Made by a program: the position numbers and the translations under genes. 64,000 nt of DNA. It comes from a candidate division WOR-3 bacterium (GTDB taxonomy: Bacteria; Hydrothermota; Hydrothermia; LBFQ01). Positions 10,429 through 20,399 of the stretch are shown one piece after another. A model generated the notes under the pieces. It had not been told where the DNA came from and searched no databases. It saw nothing but the letters and a program-made list of their open reading frames with translations. Numbering within the stretch: position 1 is the stretch's first letter; each line of letters begins with the position of its first letter. The stretch lies in assembly GCA_027050205.1 (NCBI GenBank), contig JALUCS010000083.1, forward strand, positions 41,464 through 105,463, written 5' to 3'.

Positions 10429-10511
10429 AAAAAAGCGACCTGCAATTATACGGCTGCACAGCAGGCCGCGACGCACCCAAACCCCCCTTTGGGTCTGGAG
10501 TGTGTATTCTA
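10429..10511 (-). promoter_or_regulatory. Putative tuf/S10 promoter plus structured leader with terminator-like hairpin
   Basis: Minus strand: TAGAAT (10511-10506), hairpin ACCCAAA/TTTGGGT, 9-bp stem GCGGCCTGC/GCAGGTCGC followed by T6. Confidence 0.5.
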
Positions 10512-10964
10512 AGGGAGACTCGGAGCAAATTCGGTGGGTACGACGTAATGAAGGGTGGGAGTAAAAGCCGTTCCCGGTTTGCCGCTTGTGGCAAGATAAC
10601 CGATAAGTCGTCCCCGAATCCCTACGGTATGGGGACAAAATCTCGTGGCCTTAATTTCGTTCAATTTTTATGTTAATCGCGTCATACAAAAGTTAAACAA
10701 TTAAGTAAAATTACCGAAATATCACACATTGGAGGTATTTCCCATCATATTGATCAACTCGTCATTCCATCCGAAAATATAGATGGTGAACGAATGAAAG
10801 GGAGGGCATAAAATACGATGTCTTGAGATGGTTCGGAGCCTTCGCAGAGCTGGGGCTTGCCCTCTCCTCCCGCCCCCAAACGTCGGGGAGATATACGGGA
10901 TTAGGTTGGCCTTCTCCGGCGGGATACGTACGACTACACCCTACTGACCGCTGATAGGCCGCCC

Positions 10965-12008
10965 TTAAGAAAGGAGCCTCCCCCTAACCGTGTCGGCGAG
11001 CTTGAGGAAGGCCCGTCCGCTCGGTGAATCCGGGTAGGCATGGACCACGGGAACGCCCGCATCCCCGCCGCTGGAGACGTACTCGTCTATGGGTACCCTC
11101 ACCAGAACGGGTACGCCCGTGATCTTGGAGAGTTTATCGGCCCCACCCTCCCCGAATATGTGGTACCTCCTACCGCTGTCCGGACATACGAAGTATGCCA
11201 TGTTCTCCACTATGCCGAGTACGGGGATCTCCAACTTCTCAAACCCCTTTATGGCCCTTAGGACGTCTGCTATGGCTACCGTCTGGGGCGTCGTAACGAC
11301 GATGGCTCCGTCCACCTCGTACCCTTGGGCCAGGGAAAGGTGGGAATCACCGGTACCCGGAGGCAAATCTACGACGAGGACGTCAAGGTCTCCCCAGGCC
11401 GTTTGAAGTAGAAGCTCCTCGTAGGCCTTGTGGAGCATGGCCCCCCTCCAGAGTATGGGGGTGTCCTCCTTTACGAGGACCCCGAAGGTGAGGACTTGAA
11501 TGCCGTACTTCTCTATGGGTTTGAAGCGCCTGTCCTCCGTTACGTAGACTCTCTCGCCCTCCAAGCCGAGGAGGACGGAGACGGAAGGGCCATACACGTC
11601 GGCGTCAAATAGGCCGCTCTTCAGCCCAAGTTTTGAGAGGGCGACGGCGAGGTTTACGGCCACCGTGGATTTACCCACTCCCCCCTTACCGCTGGCTACG
11701 GCGAGGACCTTCTTAACTCCGGGGATCCTCTTCTTCGTCTTCCCTACGGGGCCGACGTTGACCCTAAGTGGAGGCTTCCCTTCCCTTATCCGGTACCTGA
11801 CTTCGGGCTTGAATCCCCCCTCTATCAACCTCTTCTCAACGGCCGTCTTGATGGCCTCCGCTTGACCTTTCAAAGTCGCAGGCAGGAGGAGTACGACCTC
11901 CGCCCTGTCCCCTTCAACGGACAGACTTCCCAAGAACCCGGAACTTACGAGGTCCTTCCCACCTACGGTTACGGTCTTCAGGATGTCCAAAGCCTTTCTG
12001 GTACTCAT
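10965..12008 (-). CDS. mrp: Mrp/NBP35 (ApbC) Fe-S carrier ATPase
   Basis: SGKGGVGKST, DADVYGPS, DLPPGTGD, ENMAYFVCP. Confidence 0.92.
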   Translation of the reverse strand: MSTRKALDILKTVTVGGKDLVSSGFLGSLSVEGDRAEVVLLLPATLKGQAEAIKTAVEKRLIEGGFKPEVRYRIREGKPPLRVNVGPVGKTKKRIPGVKKVLAVASGKGGVGKSTVAVNLAVALSKLGLKSGLFDADVYGPSVSVLLGLEGERVYVTEDRRFKPIEKYGIQVLTFGVLVKEDTPILWRGAMLHKAYEELLLQTAWGDLDVLVVDLPPGTGDSHLSLAQGYEVDGAIVVTTPQTVAIADVLRAIKGFEKLEIPVLGIVENMAYFVCPDSGRRYHIFGEGGADKLSKITGVPVLVRVPIDEYVSSGGDAGVPVVHAYPDSPSGRAFLKLADTVRGRLLS

Positions 12009-12402
12009 AAAGCGGGAATTATACTCCCGGCCGGATGAAGGAGGGTATATCCCCGTCTCGTCCCTAGCTGCGGCCGACTTCTTGGGCGTTGTAGGTATTT
12101 CACCGATAGGATGCCACCCCGTCCATCGCCTGTGAAACTACATCGTACAATCCGAAGAATACCATAATTTCTAAGGAATATGGTCAAAATTTACCTAATT
12201 TTATGATTAATTTTAGTATAATTGGAAAGTTTTGCGGCAAAAATATAGGAATTTACCAACTTTAGACATTCGTCGTATAGAGTGATACAATCTCCGAAGA
12301 GTCGCTGGCATAAAGTACCCCTTACCGATTTCCATCAATTGCACCTCGCATAGGATGGGCAAAATCCGCATATAGATGGCAACAACATTGAATCCAATTT
12401 CG

Positions 12403-12972
12403 TCATATTTCAAGGTAGTTAAAGGCTTGATGGTCCAGTCGCTTTAGGAGTTCTGCAGCTTCCTCTGGGGTTTCCGGGTAGGCTTCCTTCGCCAGGACGG
12501 CGACGGAGGAGAAGGGCATAGGGACCCTGAAGAAGTCCCAAGAGGGGAGGACGTACGCCGAGGAGAAGGCCACACCGACAAAGACCATCCTGACCCCCAA
12601 TCTGCGGGCGAGGAGTAGGGTATTCTCCTTGAAGTGCAGGGCGGGGCCGCGGGGTCCGTCCGGGGTGATGGCCACGTTCCACCCCTCCCTCACTGCCCTA
12701 ACCACCCCCATCACACCCTTAAGTGGAGACTTGTACTGGGAGGACCATATCACGCCGAGACCTTTCCTCTGTACCAACTCCCCTATCCTCCTCCCGTCCC
12801 GACTGGGGGATACCATAACCTTTATGGGTGAATCCCTGAAGATGTACGGCAATGGGAAGAGGTTCCGATGCCAGAAGAAGAAAACCGTAGGTTCCCCTTC
12901 CTTGAAAACCTCACCCACCACCCTCGCCCTGACGGTTGAGACCAGAAGGTCGTAGAGCCGGTACGCCTTCAC
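12403..12972 (-). CDS. DUF374 / lysophospholipid acyltransferase-like protein
   Basis: FWH, SPSRDG, ITPDGPRGP, SWDFFRVPMPFS. Confidence 0.8.
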   Translation of the reverse strand: MKAYRLYDLLVSTVRARVVGEVFKEGEPTVFFFWHRNLFPLPYIFRDSPIKVMVSPSRDGRRIGELVQRKGLGVIWSSQYKSPLKGVMGVVRAVREGWNVAITPDGPRGPALHFKENTLLLARRLGVRMVFVGVAFSSAYVLPSWDFFRVPMPFSSVAVLAKEAYPETPEEAAELLKRLDHQAFNYLEI

Positions 12973-14075
12973 CCTTCCGAACCGAAGAGGGCAGCGAGAT
13001 GCTCTGGGACGTCCCTAAGGACGTTGGCCTTTATCTCCTTCCACCTCCTACCCGTAAAGGACGCTATCTCCTCTTCGTACTGCTTATACACGTTCCGGAT
13101 GAACTCGGCGTACTCGTCGGGGTAGGGGTTGGTAGGGTGGGCGAAGTTGAGGACACGGTCGTTTGCCATCTTGAATATTATCTCCCCCACCAACTTACGG
13201 GACTCCTTAACGAGTTCGTTGAAGGTGGCCTTTATGAGGGGAATGTCCGAGAAGTAGTACTTGAATATCGGTTCCATCTCCACTATCGGATAGGCATCAA
13301 CGAGCCTCCCCTTCTTCTGGAACTCTTTCAACAGCTTGGAGGTTATGACGGGAGGGACGGCCGGCCTCATAACCAACAGGAGGTTCTCCCCGTCCGATAC
13401 GGCGAGGATCCTGTCCCCCGCCCCGAAGGACTCCAACGTTCCCTCGTGTTCGGTTATCCTCTCGTAGGTCCAACTACCGGCGGGGGTATCAACGGCTATC
13501 TTGGTTAGGGCAAAGTATCCGGATAGGTAAGGTACGAAGTCCCCCTCAAGAACGTAGAAGTACGCCTTGTAGGCCCTCAACTCGTCCAAAAGTTCCGGCA
13601 CCGAGAAGTCCTCGTCCGTGGGTCTCAAACCCACGAGGTGGCCCTCCACGAAGGCGGCGAGAATCGTACGTTTGTCCCTTGAGGGGAAAATTACCAGAGC
13701 AGTGCGTTCCTCCTTCTCCATTTCGGTTAAGAAATCGTAGAAGTTGGCCTCTATCACCTTCGGCTTGAGGGTGTCGTATATGGCCCTAACCTCAACCTTC
13801 TCTATGTCCTTCAACTTTATGTTGTGTAGCTCCGGTACGTCCCCCTCGTATATGGATACCTCGTAGGTCAGGACGTCAAAGCTTTCAAGGGCCTTCAGGG
13901 CGGCCTTTCCCCGCAGGTCCCCGTACTCGGCGTACAGGATGGTCTCACCGCGGGTTAGGAGCCTCCCCTCCTCCGTACCGGCTTTTACCTTGAACTCCCA
14001 AACGAAGTCCCCCCCTATGTTTGCACTCGCCCGTATGGCTGTTAGGAGCGACGCAAAGTTTCCAACTTTCTTCAT
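12969..14075 (-). CDS. Hypothetical protein with DUF4388/PATAN-like N-terminal domain
   Basis: [27 protein letters not shown] resembles DUF4388; ATGA-coupled in operon. Confidence 0.5.
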   Translation of the reverse strand: MKKVGNFASLLTAIRASANIGGDFVWEFKVKAGTEEGRLLTRGETILYAEYGDLRGKAALKALESFDVLTYEVSIYEGDVPELHNIKLKDIEKVEVRAIYDTLKPKVIEANFYDFLTEMEKEERTALVIFPSRDKRTILAAFVEGHLVGLRPTDEDFSVPELLDELRAYKAYFYVLEGDFVPYLSGYFALTKIAVDTPAGSWTYERITEHEGTLESFGAGDRILAVSDGENLLLVMRPAVPPVITSKLLKEFQKKGRLVDAYPIVEMEPIFKYYFSDIPLIKATFNELVKESRKLVGEIIFKMANDRVLNFAHPTNPYPDEYAEFIRNVYKQYEEEIASFTGRRWKEIKANVLRDVPEHLAALFGSEG

Positions 14076-14485
14076 TCACCTATTATTTTAATCACGACGC
14101 GTTTGGGACGCTGGCCATCGTACTCAAAGTAGAAGATTTCCTGCCAAGGACCCAGGTCCAGGTCTCCGTTCGTTATGGGTAGGACTACCTGGAGGTGGGT
14201 TAGGAGGTTCTTCAGGTGGGCGTCGGCGTTGTCCTCGCCCGTGCGATGGTGTTTGTAGTCGGGGCGGTAGGGGGCGAGCCTCTCCAACCACTCCCACATA
14301 TCCTCGTGCAGGCCGGACTCGTTGTCCTGTATGAGGACGGAGGCCGTGAGGTGCATGGCCGACACCAGGCACAGGCCCTCCTTCACCCCGGACTCCCTCA
14401 CGGCCTCCCTAACCTGCTCGGTTATATGCACCACGGCCCTGCGGGTGGGCGTGTTGAACCAGAGGTATTTGGTGTAGGTCTTCAT
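14072..14485 (-). CDS. yjbQ: YjbQ/UPF0047 secondary thiamine-phosphate synthase family
   Basis: [36 protein letters not shown]. Confidence 0.9.
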   Translation of the reverse strand: MKTYTKYLWFNTPTRRAVVHITEQVREAVRESGVKEGLCLVSAMHLTASVLIQDNESGLHEDMWEWLERLAPYRPDYKHHRTGEDNADAHLKNLLTHLQVVLPITNGDLDLGPWQEIFYFEYDGQRPKRVVIKIIGE

Positions 14486-15693
14486 ACCTCTACGTACTCC
14501 ACCCAGCCGTAGGGATCCTCTACCTTGCCCCGTGCTATTCCGGTGTACCTTTCCCTTATCTTTAGGGTGACCGGTCCGGGCTTTCCATCGCCTACGGGTA
14601 TCCCATCCACGCTCCTTATGGGGGTGACCTCTGCGGCCGTACCGGTGAAGAAGACCTCGTCGGCTATGTAGAGCATCTCCCTCGGTATCATAGTCTCAAT
14701 GACAGGGTAGCCGAGGTCCTTTGCTATGCGTATGACGGAGTCCCTCGTTATGCCGGGGAGGATGGAGGCGGAGAGGGGCGGGGTGTAGATGGTGGCCTTC
14801 GTGGGATCCCCGTCCTCGTACATCACGACGAAGACGTTCTCGCCGGTGCCTTCGGCGACGTGACCGGAGACGGTTAGCTGGATGCTCTCCACGGGCAGGA
14901 GGAGGTCGTCAAGTCCGAGGGATAGGTCGACCTTTTCGTAGTTCTTTTCCCTCGCCTTATTGATAGCATCTTTAACCTTGCCGGCTACGTCCTTGTCCCT
15001 GAACATAGCCGAGAGGACGGCCTCCATCTTGGCGAGCTGGCCCGTGGCGTAGTTGGAGGCTCCCTTGGCCATGAACGGAGTGGTGCTGGGGGCGTTCTTG
15101 GCCCACGCCGAGGTTATGACGTCCGCACCCCTCTCTATGGCCGTCGTACCGAGGTAGTCGTCCCACAGGAAGGTGGCGATGAACCACTCAACGGGGTTGT
15201 TCAGGGGGTTGACGCCGAGGGGTGGGCTAAGGATAGGGTCCTCCTTCACATCGTAGCCCCGGTAGATGACGGGCCTTATATACACGAAGGGGTTCGCCAT
15301 CTTCCCCTCTTCCTTCACCTTTTTAGCCTTCCGGTAGAGGTCGTTCTCACGGATGAGGTCCTTCGTTATCTCCATAAAGCGGGTGATCAGGTCCTCCGTC
15401 TTCACCCTTCCCTCCTTCTTGAGGTCTTCGGGGGCGTAGTCTTCGGGGAGCATCCGGTATATCTTGGCGGAGCGGATGAGGCGACGGTAGTGGTCCCTAC
15501 CCCTGAAGATGGCGACGCCCTTGTCGGTTACGTAGCCCCTTATACCCTCAAAGACGCCGCTGCTGTAGTGTATGACGTGCGATAGGACGTGGATCTTGGC
15601 TTTGTCCCAGTCAACGTAGTCGGCCTCGACCTTGCCTCCCTCTACGCGGTACATGTATATGCATCTCTTGCTACAGCATTTGGATCTGGTCAT
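14482..15693 (-). CDS. ilvE: Branched-chain amino acid aminotransferase (class IV PLP) with insertions
   Basis: [51 protein letters not shown]. Confidence 0.9.
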   Translation of the reverse strand: MTRSKCCSKRCIYMYRVEGGKVEADYVDWDKAKIHVLSHVIHYSSGVFEGIRGYVTDKGVAIFRGRDHYRRLIRSAKIYRMLPEDYAPEDLKKEGRVKTEDLITRFMEITKDLIRENDLYRKAKKVKEEGKMANPFVYIRPVIYRGYDVKEDPILSPPLGVNPLNNPVEWFIATFLWDDYLGTTAIERGADVITSAWAKNAPSTTPFMAKGASNYATGQLAKMEAVLSAMFRDKDVAGKVKDAINKAREKNYEKVDLSLGLDDLLLPVESIQLTVSGHVAEGTGENVFVVMYEDGDPTKATIYTPPLSASILPGITRDSVIRIAKDLGYPVIETMIPREMLYIADEVFFTGTAAEVTPIRSVDGIPVGDGKPGPVTLKIRERYTGIARGKVEDPYGWVEYVEV

Positions 15694-15780
15694 CCGTCTT
15701 GTATTCTAAGGTCGTACTCCAAACTCAACCGCATCCTCCCCTTCAAAGGCTTTTCAACGTTCGTACGTAGAATAGTATCC

Positions 15781-16572
15781 GTGCATCTCCTAAGATTAAT
15801 CCGTCCTGCCAACGCCCTCCTATCCTCGTTGGTCGTCCTGACGGCCTGTCACCTGTCCTACTGCCTCGCCGGGAAGCCCCTCCACCTTATGTTAGGAGCC
15901 TTTTTCATTACAGCCTTCATAAACGTGACCAACGACCTCTTGGACGTACCGGAGGACACCCTGAACCACCCGGAGCGGCCCCTCCCGTCCGGGAGGGTGT
16001 CGGAGGAGCAGGCTTGGGTTCTGGCAATCACCCTCCTCTTCTTCGCCCTCTACGTGTCCTACCACCATTCCCCTTGGGTTTTGGCGGTCGGCTCCCTTGC
16101 TATGTTCCTCGCCCTCCTCTACAACTACTACCTTAAGGCCCTACCCTTTCTGGGCAACCTCACGGTGGCCACCGTCGTAGCCCTGGCCTTCCTGTACGGC
16201 AGTGGGGGATACCTCCTCCACAGGGTCCTCCCCGCCGCCCTCCTCGGCGGCTACCTCCATCTCATAAGGGAGTTCGTAAAGAGCCTTCAGGATATGCGGG
16301 GGGACGCACCGTACAGACGCACGGTCGCCCACGTCCTGGGGGAGGGGCCAACGCGGAGGTTAGTATTCTTCGGCCTGATAATTCTTCCCTTACTCTCCGT
16401 CCTCCCCGTCTTCGTTGGCTACTCTTACCTCTACGTCGTATCCGTCCTCCTTTTGGTCGGTTTCCCCGCCCTCCTCACCTCTCCCCTCGTCTTCTATGGG
16501 CGCTATCGCCTCCTCTCGTCCATCCTCAAGGTCCTGACGGCCCTCGCCCTCGTATCCCTGTGGGTGGCTTAG
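15781..16572 (+). CDS. UbiA-family prenyltransferase, DGGGP-synthase-like
   Basis: LRLIRPAN start (GTG 7 nt after TAGAAT), NDLLDVPEDTLNHPERPLPSG, REFVKSLQDMRGD; multi-TM. Confidence 0.8.
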   Translation: MHLLRLIRPANALLSSLVVLTACHLSYCLAGKPLHLMLGAFFITAFINVTNDLLDVPEDTLNHPERPLPSGRVSEEQAWVLAITLLFFALYVSYHHSPWVLAVGSLAMFLALLYNYYLKALPFLGNLTVATVVALAFLYGSGGYLLHRVLPAALLGGYLHLIREFVKSLQDMRGDAPYRRTVAHVLGEGPTRRLVFFGLIILPLLSVLPVFVGYSYLYVVSVLLLVGFPALLTSPLVFYGRYRLLSSILKVLTALALVSLWVA

Positions 16573-16680
16573 GGAAAGGGGTCTTGAAGAGATAGCCGTA
16601 CTTCGCCGTTGCAAGATTTTGAACGGCATTCCTGCGGCACATTGTGGAGGATTGGAGGTGAGGGCGATTGACGGAGGCCA

Positions 16681-16741
16681 CTTCAAAAACTGCAAGCCGG
16701 ACTTTATTTTATAAAATCGTAAGTCGCACTTTAAGATCCTT
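16681..16741 (+). repeat. Dispersed CTTYAA-phased repeat, copy 1 (internally deleted)
   Basis: cttcaaaaactgcaagccgga ctttat...aaatcgtaagtcgca ctttaagatcctt aligns to copies at 27130 and 38128. Confidence 0.7.
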
Positions 16742-16957
16742 AATCCACATAAAACGACCCAAGGCCCGTAATCGGTGAGGGTTGTTACGATCCCGCAAGT
16801 CCGGGGACATAGTGGTATAACCTTCATAATTTCGCAATTTTATGGGGTAATTGTTGAGATATTGCAGAAATTAACGGGAATACTGCTATCAAAGTCTAAA
16901 TCACATCTACAGAAATCCGCATTACACGGCATCGCACCGCGCGACCGGACGTACCCG

Positions 16958-17362
16958 TTACCCCCTACTCCTTCTCCCTACGCTCTTTACCCCTATCCGC
17001 CTCATCAACTTCCAGGCCCCTATGTAGCTGTACTCCACCCCGAACTCTTTCCTTATCAACTCTATCACCTCCTTGGGCGTCCAACGGTCCTTCGCCTTCA
17101 GAAGTTCCTTCAACCTCTCCTCGTCCTCCTCGCTCAACTTCCTCCTCTTCCCTTGGTTTCCTTCCGCCCTCCTGTCCCTCAACCCCTCTATCCCCTCCTC
17201 CCTGTACCTCCTCTTCCACTCGTATATCGTCCTCTCCCCTATCCCCAACTCCTTCGCCACCTCCTTTACCTTCATCTTACCGCTCTCAACCAGATACACT
17301 ATCACCGCCCTTACCTTTATGTCGTTTTTATTCTCTCGGATGAACTTCACCAGGTCCTCCAT
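16958..17362 (-). mobile_element. IS630-family transposase N-terminal HTH plus winged-HTH only (no DDE domain)
   Basis: IGERTIYEWKRRYREEGIEGLRDR and WTPKEVIELIRKEFGVEYS...LMRRIG motifs; 7-bp inverted repeat GCATTAC (16919) / GTAATGC (17385). Confidence 0.7.
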
Positions 17363-17427
17363 CTCAACCCTCTATTCTAAACCCGTAATGCATCCTTGTG
17401 AGAAGAAGGCCGTTTATGGGGAGGGAG

Positions 17428-18066
17428 TTACCCTCCCTCCGTACGCCCCTCCCTCTTGAAGAGGACGTAGGAGTAGGCCACCGCCACCACGACCAGAAAC
17501 ACCGCCCCGCCGATTATCACGCCCACCATGAGAGTAGGGGAGACGAGGGAGGCGAGGCCGATGAGGAGGCCGTAGAGGACGAAGAGGACACCGAATAGCC
17601 TGTGGGTCTTCCTCCAGACCCTCTCCGAGGCCAGAGTCCAGGGGGTACGCACACCGAGGAACCAGTTGTGGGGCAGTTTAGGTAGGTAGTTCCCCAGGAG
17701 GACCATAAGGAGGGCGACGAATAGGCCGATGTACCACGGCTCCAACCTCCCCCTGAAGGCCGCGAGGACGACCAGACCGTTGAGTACGGCGAAAAGTACG
17801 ACCGTTATGTCCCTGACCGTACGGACGGTTCCGAGCCTCTCCCTGACCCTCTCCGAGTAGGGGTCAAACTTCGGTAGGTAGGTCATAAGGGCGTATATGG
17901 CCACCATCACCGCCGGCAGGAGAAGGAGGAAGAACTTGCTGCCGTAAGAGTCCGGTTCCCCCTCAACGTTGAAGTGTATGGGTACGACGGGCGGCAGTAC
18001 CGCCACCGCCCAAAGGCTCAAACCCACCGAAAGCACCATAAAGGCGAGTGCTATCTTCCTAAGCAT
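17428..18066 (-). CDS. SdpI-family immunity membrane protein (DUF1648 + SdpI)
   Basis: LPPVVPIHFNVEGEPD, NWFLGVRTPWTLASERVWRKTHR. Confidence 0.88.
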   Translation of the reverse strand: MLRKIALAFMVLSVGLSLWAVAVLPPVVPIHFNVEGEPDSYGSKFFLLLLPAVMVAIYALMTYLPKFDPYSERVRERLGTVRTVRDITVVLFAVLNGLVVLAAFRGRLEPWYIGLFVALLMVLLGNYLPKLPHNWFLGVRTPWTLASERVWRKTHRLFGVLFVLYGLLIGLASLVSPTLMVGVIIGGAVFLVVVAVAYSYVLFKREGRTEGG

Positions 18067-18331
18067 GGTCCTTACCTCCCTTTAGCTTCATAAAGAACTC
18101 AATCGCCATCTCTAAGACCCCCATATCTAACGAATAGACCACGTTCCTGCCCCGCTTTACGGCTATGACGATGCCGGCACGGGTGAGGCGGTCCATGTGG
18201 TAGGAGAGGGAGGGTTGGGATATTCCGAGCCTCTCCCTTAGCTCCTTCTGGGTCAGGTCCCCATCCTTCAGGATCTCCACGATCTTCAGGCGGACGGGGT
18301 CGGAGAGGGCGGCGAAGACCTCCTTAAGCAT
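18059..18331 (-). CDS. ArsR/SdpR-family transcriptional repressor
   Basis: FAALSDPVRLKI, ISQPSLSYHM, KRGRNVVYSL; adjacent to sdpI-like gene. Confidence 0.88.
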   Translation of the reverse strand: MLKEVFAALSDPVRLKIVEILKDGDLTQKELRERLGISQPSLSYHMDRLTRAGIVIAVKRGRNVVYSLDMGVLEMAIEFFMKLKGGKDHA

Positions 18332-19175
18332 CCTTCCTTCTCAACAGGTAGAGGGCCAAGTTGAGGGCGGAGAGGACGAGGAGGCCGCTAAGACCGGTTA
18401 TGCCGACGGTCAGGTCGTTCCCACCCCTCAAGAAGAGGAGGTCAAACCCGCCTACGCCGTTGAGGGTGCCGTGGAAGATGGCCGCCGCGAGGGTAGACCT
18501 CGCCTTCTCCCGTATATAGAACATCAGGGGACTCAACAGGGTGGTGAACAGGACCATCATAAAGACGCCGGGGACGGGATGAATGGGGTAGTTGTGGCCC
18601 TTCAGGATCAGGGGGGCGTGCCATAGACCCCAGAGGACGCCGACGGTGTAGGACATCCTCCAGAAGCCCATTTCCTTAAACTCGGAGTACAGGAAACCCC
18701 GCCAGCCCACCTCCTCGCCGAAGGAGACGATGGCGTTTATCGTAATCCCGGCCACCATACCGTAGAGGAAGAGGGTTATCAGCATCGGGACGGTGAGGGT
18801 GCTTACGGCCTCCTTAACGCTGCCGAGGTCTTGAGGGGAGACCGTCCGGCTCAACCTCTGGAGGAGGGCGTCGCTGTGGGGCGATAGGCTAACACCGGGC
18901 ATTAGGAGGTCCACAAGGAACGTCAAGAGTACGACGAAGGGGGGAAGGAGCCAGGCCACCAGCCACCAGGCGTTGGGGTTGAAGCGGAGGCCGAGATCCG
19001 GCAGGGGGTGGCGGAGGACCTTGAGGGTCAGGACGGCGAGGGTGGGGCCGAACATATAGGCGGTGGAGACGAAGAGGAGGGCAGAGGGAGGGAGGTGGAA
19101 GACGTACAGTGCGGATGCCACCGACCAACTGTACGCAAAGGCCAGAGTCAGGAAGAGGAGCGTCCCTTTCCTCAT
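18324..19175 (-). CDS. CPBP (Abi/CAAX-protease-like) intramembrane metalloprotease
   Basis: GEEVGWRG, WGLWHAP, HGTLN motifs. Confidence 0.9.
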   Translation of the reverse strand: MRKGTLLFLTLAFAYSWSVASALYVFHLPPSALLFVSTAYMFGPTLAVLTLKVLRHPLPDLGLRFNPNAWWLVAWLLPPFVVLLTFLVDLLMPGVSLSPHSDALLQRLSRTVSPQDLGSVKEAVSTLTVPMLITLFLYGMVAGITINAIVSFGEEVGWRGFLYSEFKEMGFWRMSYTVGVLWGLWHAPLILKGHNYPIHPVPGVFMMVLFTTLLSPLMFYIREKARSTLAAAIFHGTLNGVGGFDLLFLRGGNDLTVGITGLSGLLVLSALNLALYLLRRKDA

Positions 19176-19337
19176 CACCCGGTATTATAAGGGGGAAACA
19201 TAAACGTATAATGATGTGTTTATATAAAGACCCCCCGCCGCAATCCCCAGTAGAATATCCACACGGATGGCCGCCCGGAAGATGCACTCCCTGACCGCAT
19301 CCCCCATCCTCCTTGGCCCAACGGATGGAGGGGAGAT

Positions 19338-20084
19338 ATGAGGTTGAGCCTCGTCATACCCGTCTATAACGAGAGGGAGTTCTTCCCCCTCCTCTTTCGC
19401 AAGGTCTATGAGATGGACTTCGGCCTGCCCAAGGAGATAGTGGTGGTGGACGACTTCTCCACCGATGGGACGAGGGAGTACATAAGGGAGAACGTAGAGG
19501 GCCTTGAGGGGGTGAAGGTGATATACCACGAGAGGAACAGGGGAAAGGGGGCGGCCCTACATACGGCCTTCGCCCATGCCACGGGCGACATAATCGCCAT
19601 ACAGGACGCCGACCTTGAGTACGACCCGGCCGACCTGATCCCTATGATCAAGCTCATAACCGACGGCTACGCCGACGTCGTCTACGGCTCCCGCTTCTAC
19701 GGGAACCCCCACCGCATCCTCTACCACCACCACTTCATGGGCAACAAGCTCATCTCCTTCCTCGTAAACGTCTTCAGCGATATGACCTTCTCCGACATTG
19801 AGGTGTGCTACAAGGTCTTCAAGCGGGAGGTCCTGGACTACTTTGACCTCACCCTGACGGACTTCGGCTTTGAGGTGGAGTTCACGATGAAGGTCTCCAA
19901 GACGGCCAAATACACCAACTGGCGGATATACGAGATGGGTATCAGCTACCACGGGCGTACGTACGCCGAGGGAAAGAAGATCAACTGGAAGGACGGGGTC
20001 AAGGCCCTCTTCTACATCCTCCGCTTCGCCTTCTGGAAGCCAAAGCTGAAGGACGGGAAACCCGTAAAGGTAAAGGGAGGTTGA
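19338..20084 (+). CDS. GT2 glycosyltransferase (DPM1-like)
   Basis: VIPVYNE, VDDFSTDGT, QDADLEYDP, RTYAEGKKINWKDG. Confidence 0.92.
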   Translation: MRLSLVIPVYNEREFFPLLFRKVYEMDFGLPKEIVVVDDFSTDGTREYIRENVEGLEGVKVIYHERNRGKGAALHTAFAHATGDIIAIQDADLEYDPADLIPMIKLITDGYADVVYGSRFYGNPHRILYHHHFMGNKLISFLVNVFSDMTFSDIEVCYKVFKREVLDYFDLTLTDFGFEVEFTMKVSKTAKYTNWRIYEMGISYHGRTYAEGKKINWKDGVKALFYILRFAFWKPKLKDGKPVKVKGG

Positions 20085-20086
20085 GG

Positions 20087-20389
20087 ATGAGGAAGGCGAT
20101 AGTTGCCGTCAGCATCGCCCCCCTTGGCGAGGGTCCCAGCGTCTCCGACTACGTCGCGGAGGCCATAAGGGTCCTGAAGGAGGACGGCAGGGTGGAGTGG
20201 GAGCTGGGGCCGATGTGTACGACCATCTGGGGGGACCCGGCGGTGATATTTGATGTCATATTGAAGATGCAGGAGGCTATGTTCCGGAAGGGGGCGGTGC
20301 GGGTAAGCACCGTAATAAAGATGGACGAGAGGAGGGACAAGGAGTTGGATCCGAAGAAGAAGGTGGAGTCGGTGATGAAGAAGGTGTGA
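20087..20389 (+). CDS. MTH1187/YkoF-like thiamine-binding protein
   Basis: SIAPLG, SVSDYVA, GPMCTTI, RVSTVIKMDERRDK. Confidence 0.85.
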   Translation: MRKAIVAVSIAPLGEGPSVSDYVAEAIRVLKEDGRVEWELGPMCTTIWGDPAVIFDVILKMQEAMFRKGAVRVSTVIKMDERRDKELDPKKKVESVMKKV

Positions 20390-20399
20390 GGGTCGCGGA

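Noticed and set aside
9457..10512. Long antisense ORFs over tuf (351 aa), and likewise over groEL (60159-61604)
   Set aside because: Shadow ORFs produced by GC-rich codon bias of highly expressed genes on the opposite strand
12005..12413. Small ORFs in AT-rich islands (also 27175-27638, 37888-38133, 10402-10638)
   Set aside because: Atypical codon usage, no recognisable motifs, no -10/SD context
15589..15780. ORF-finder N-terminal extensions (also 30540, 34195, 38204, 50976, 53028, 55171, 58566, 62905)
   Set aside because: They overlap neighbouring genes or promoters; homology and -10 position support the downstream starts used here
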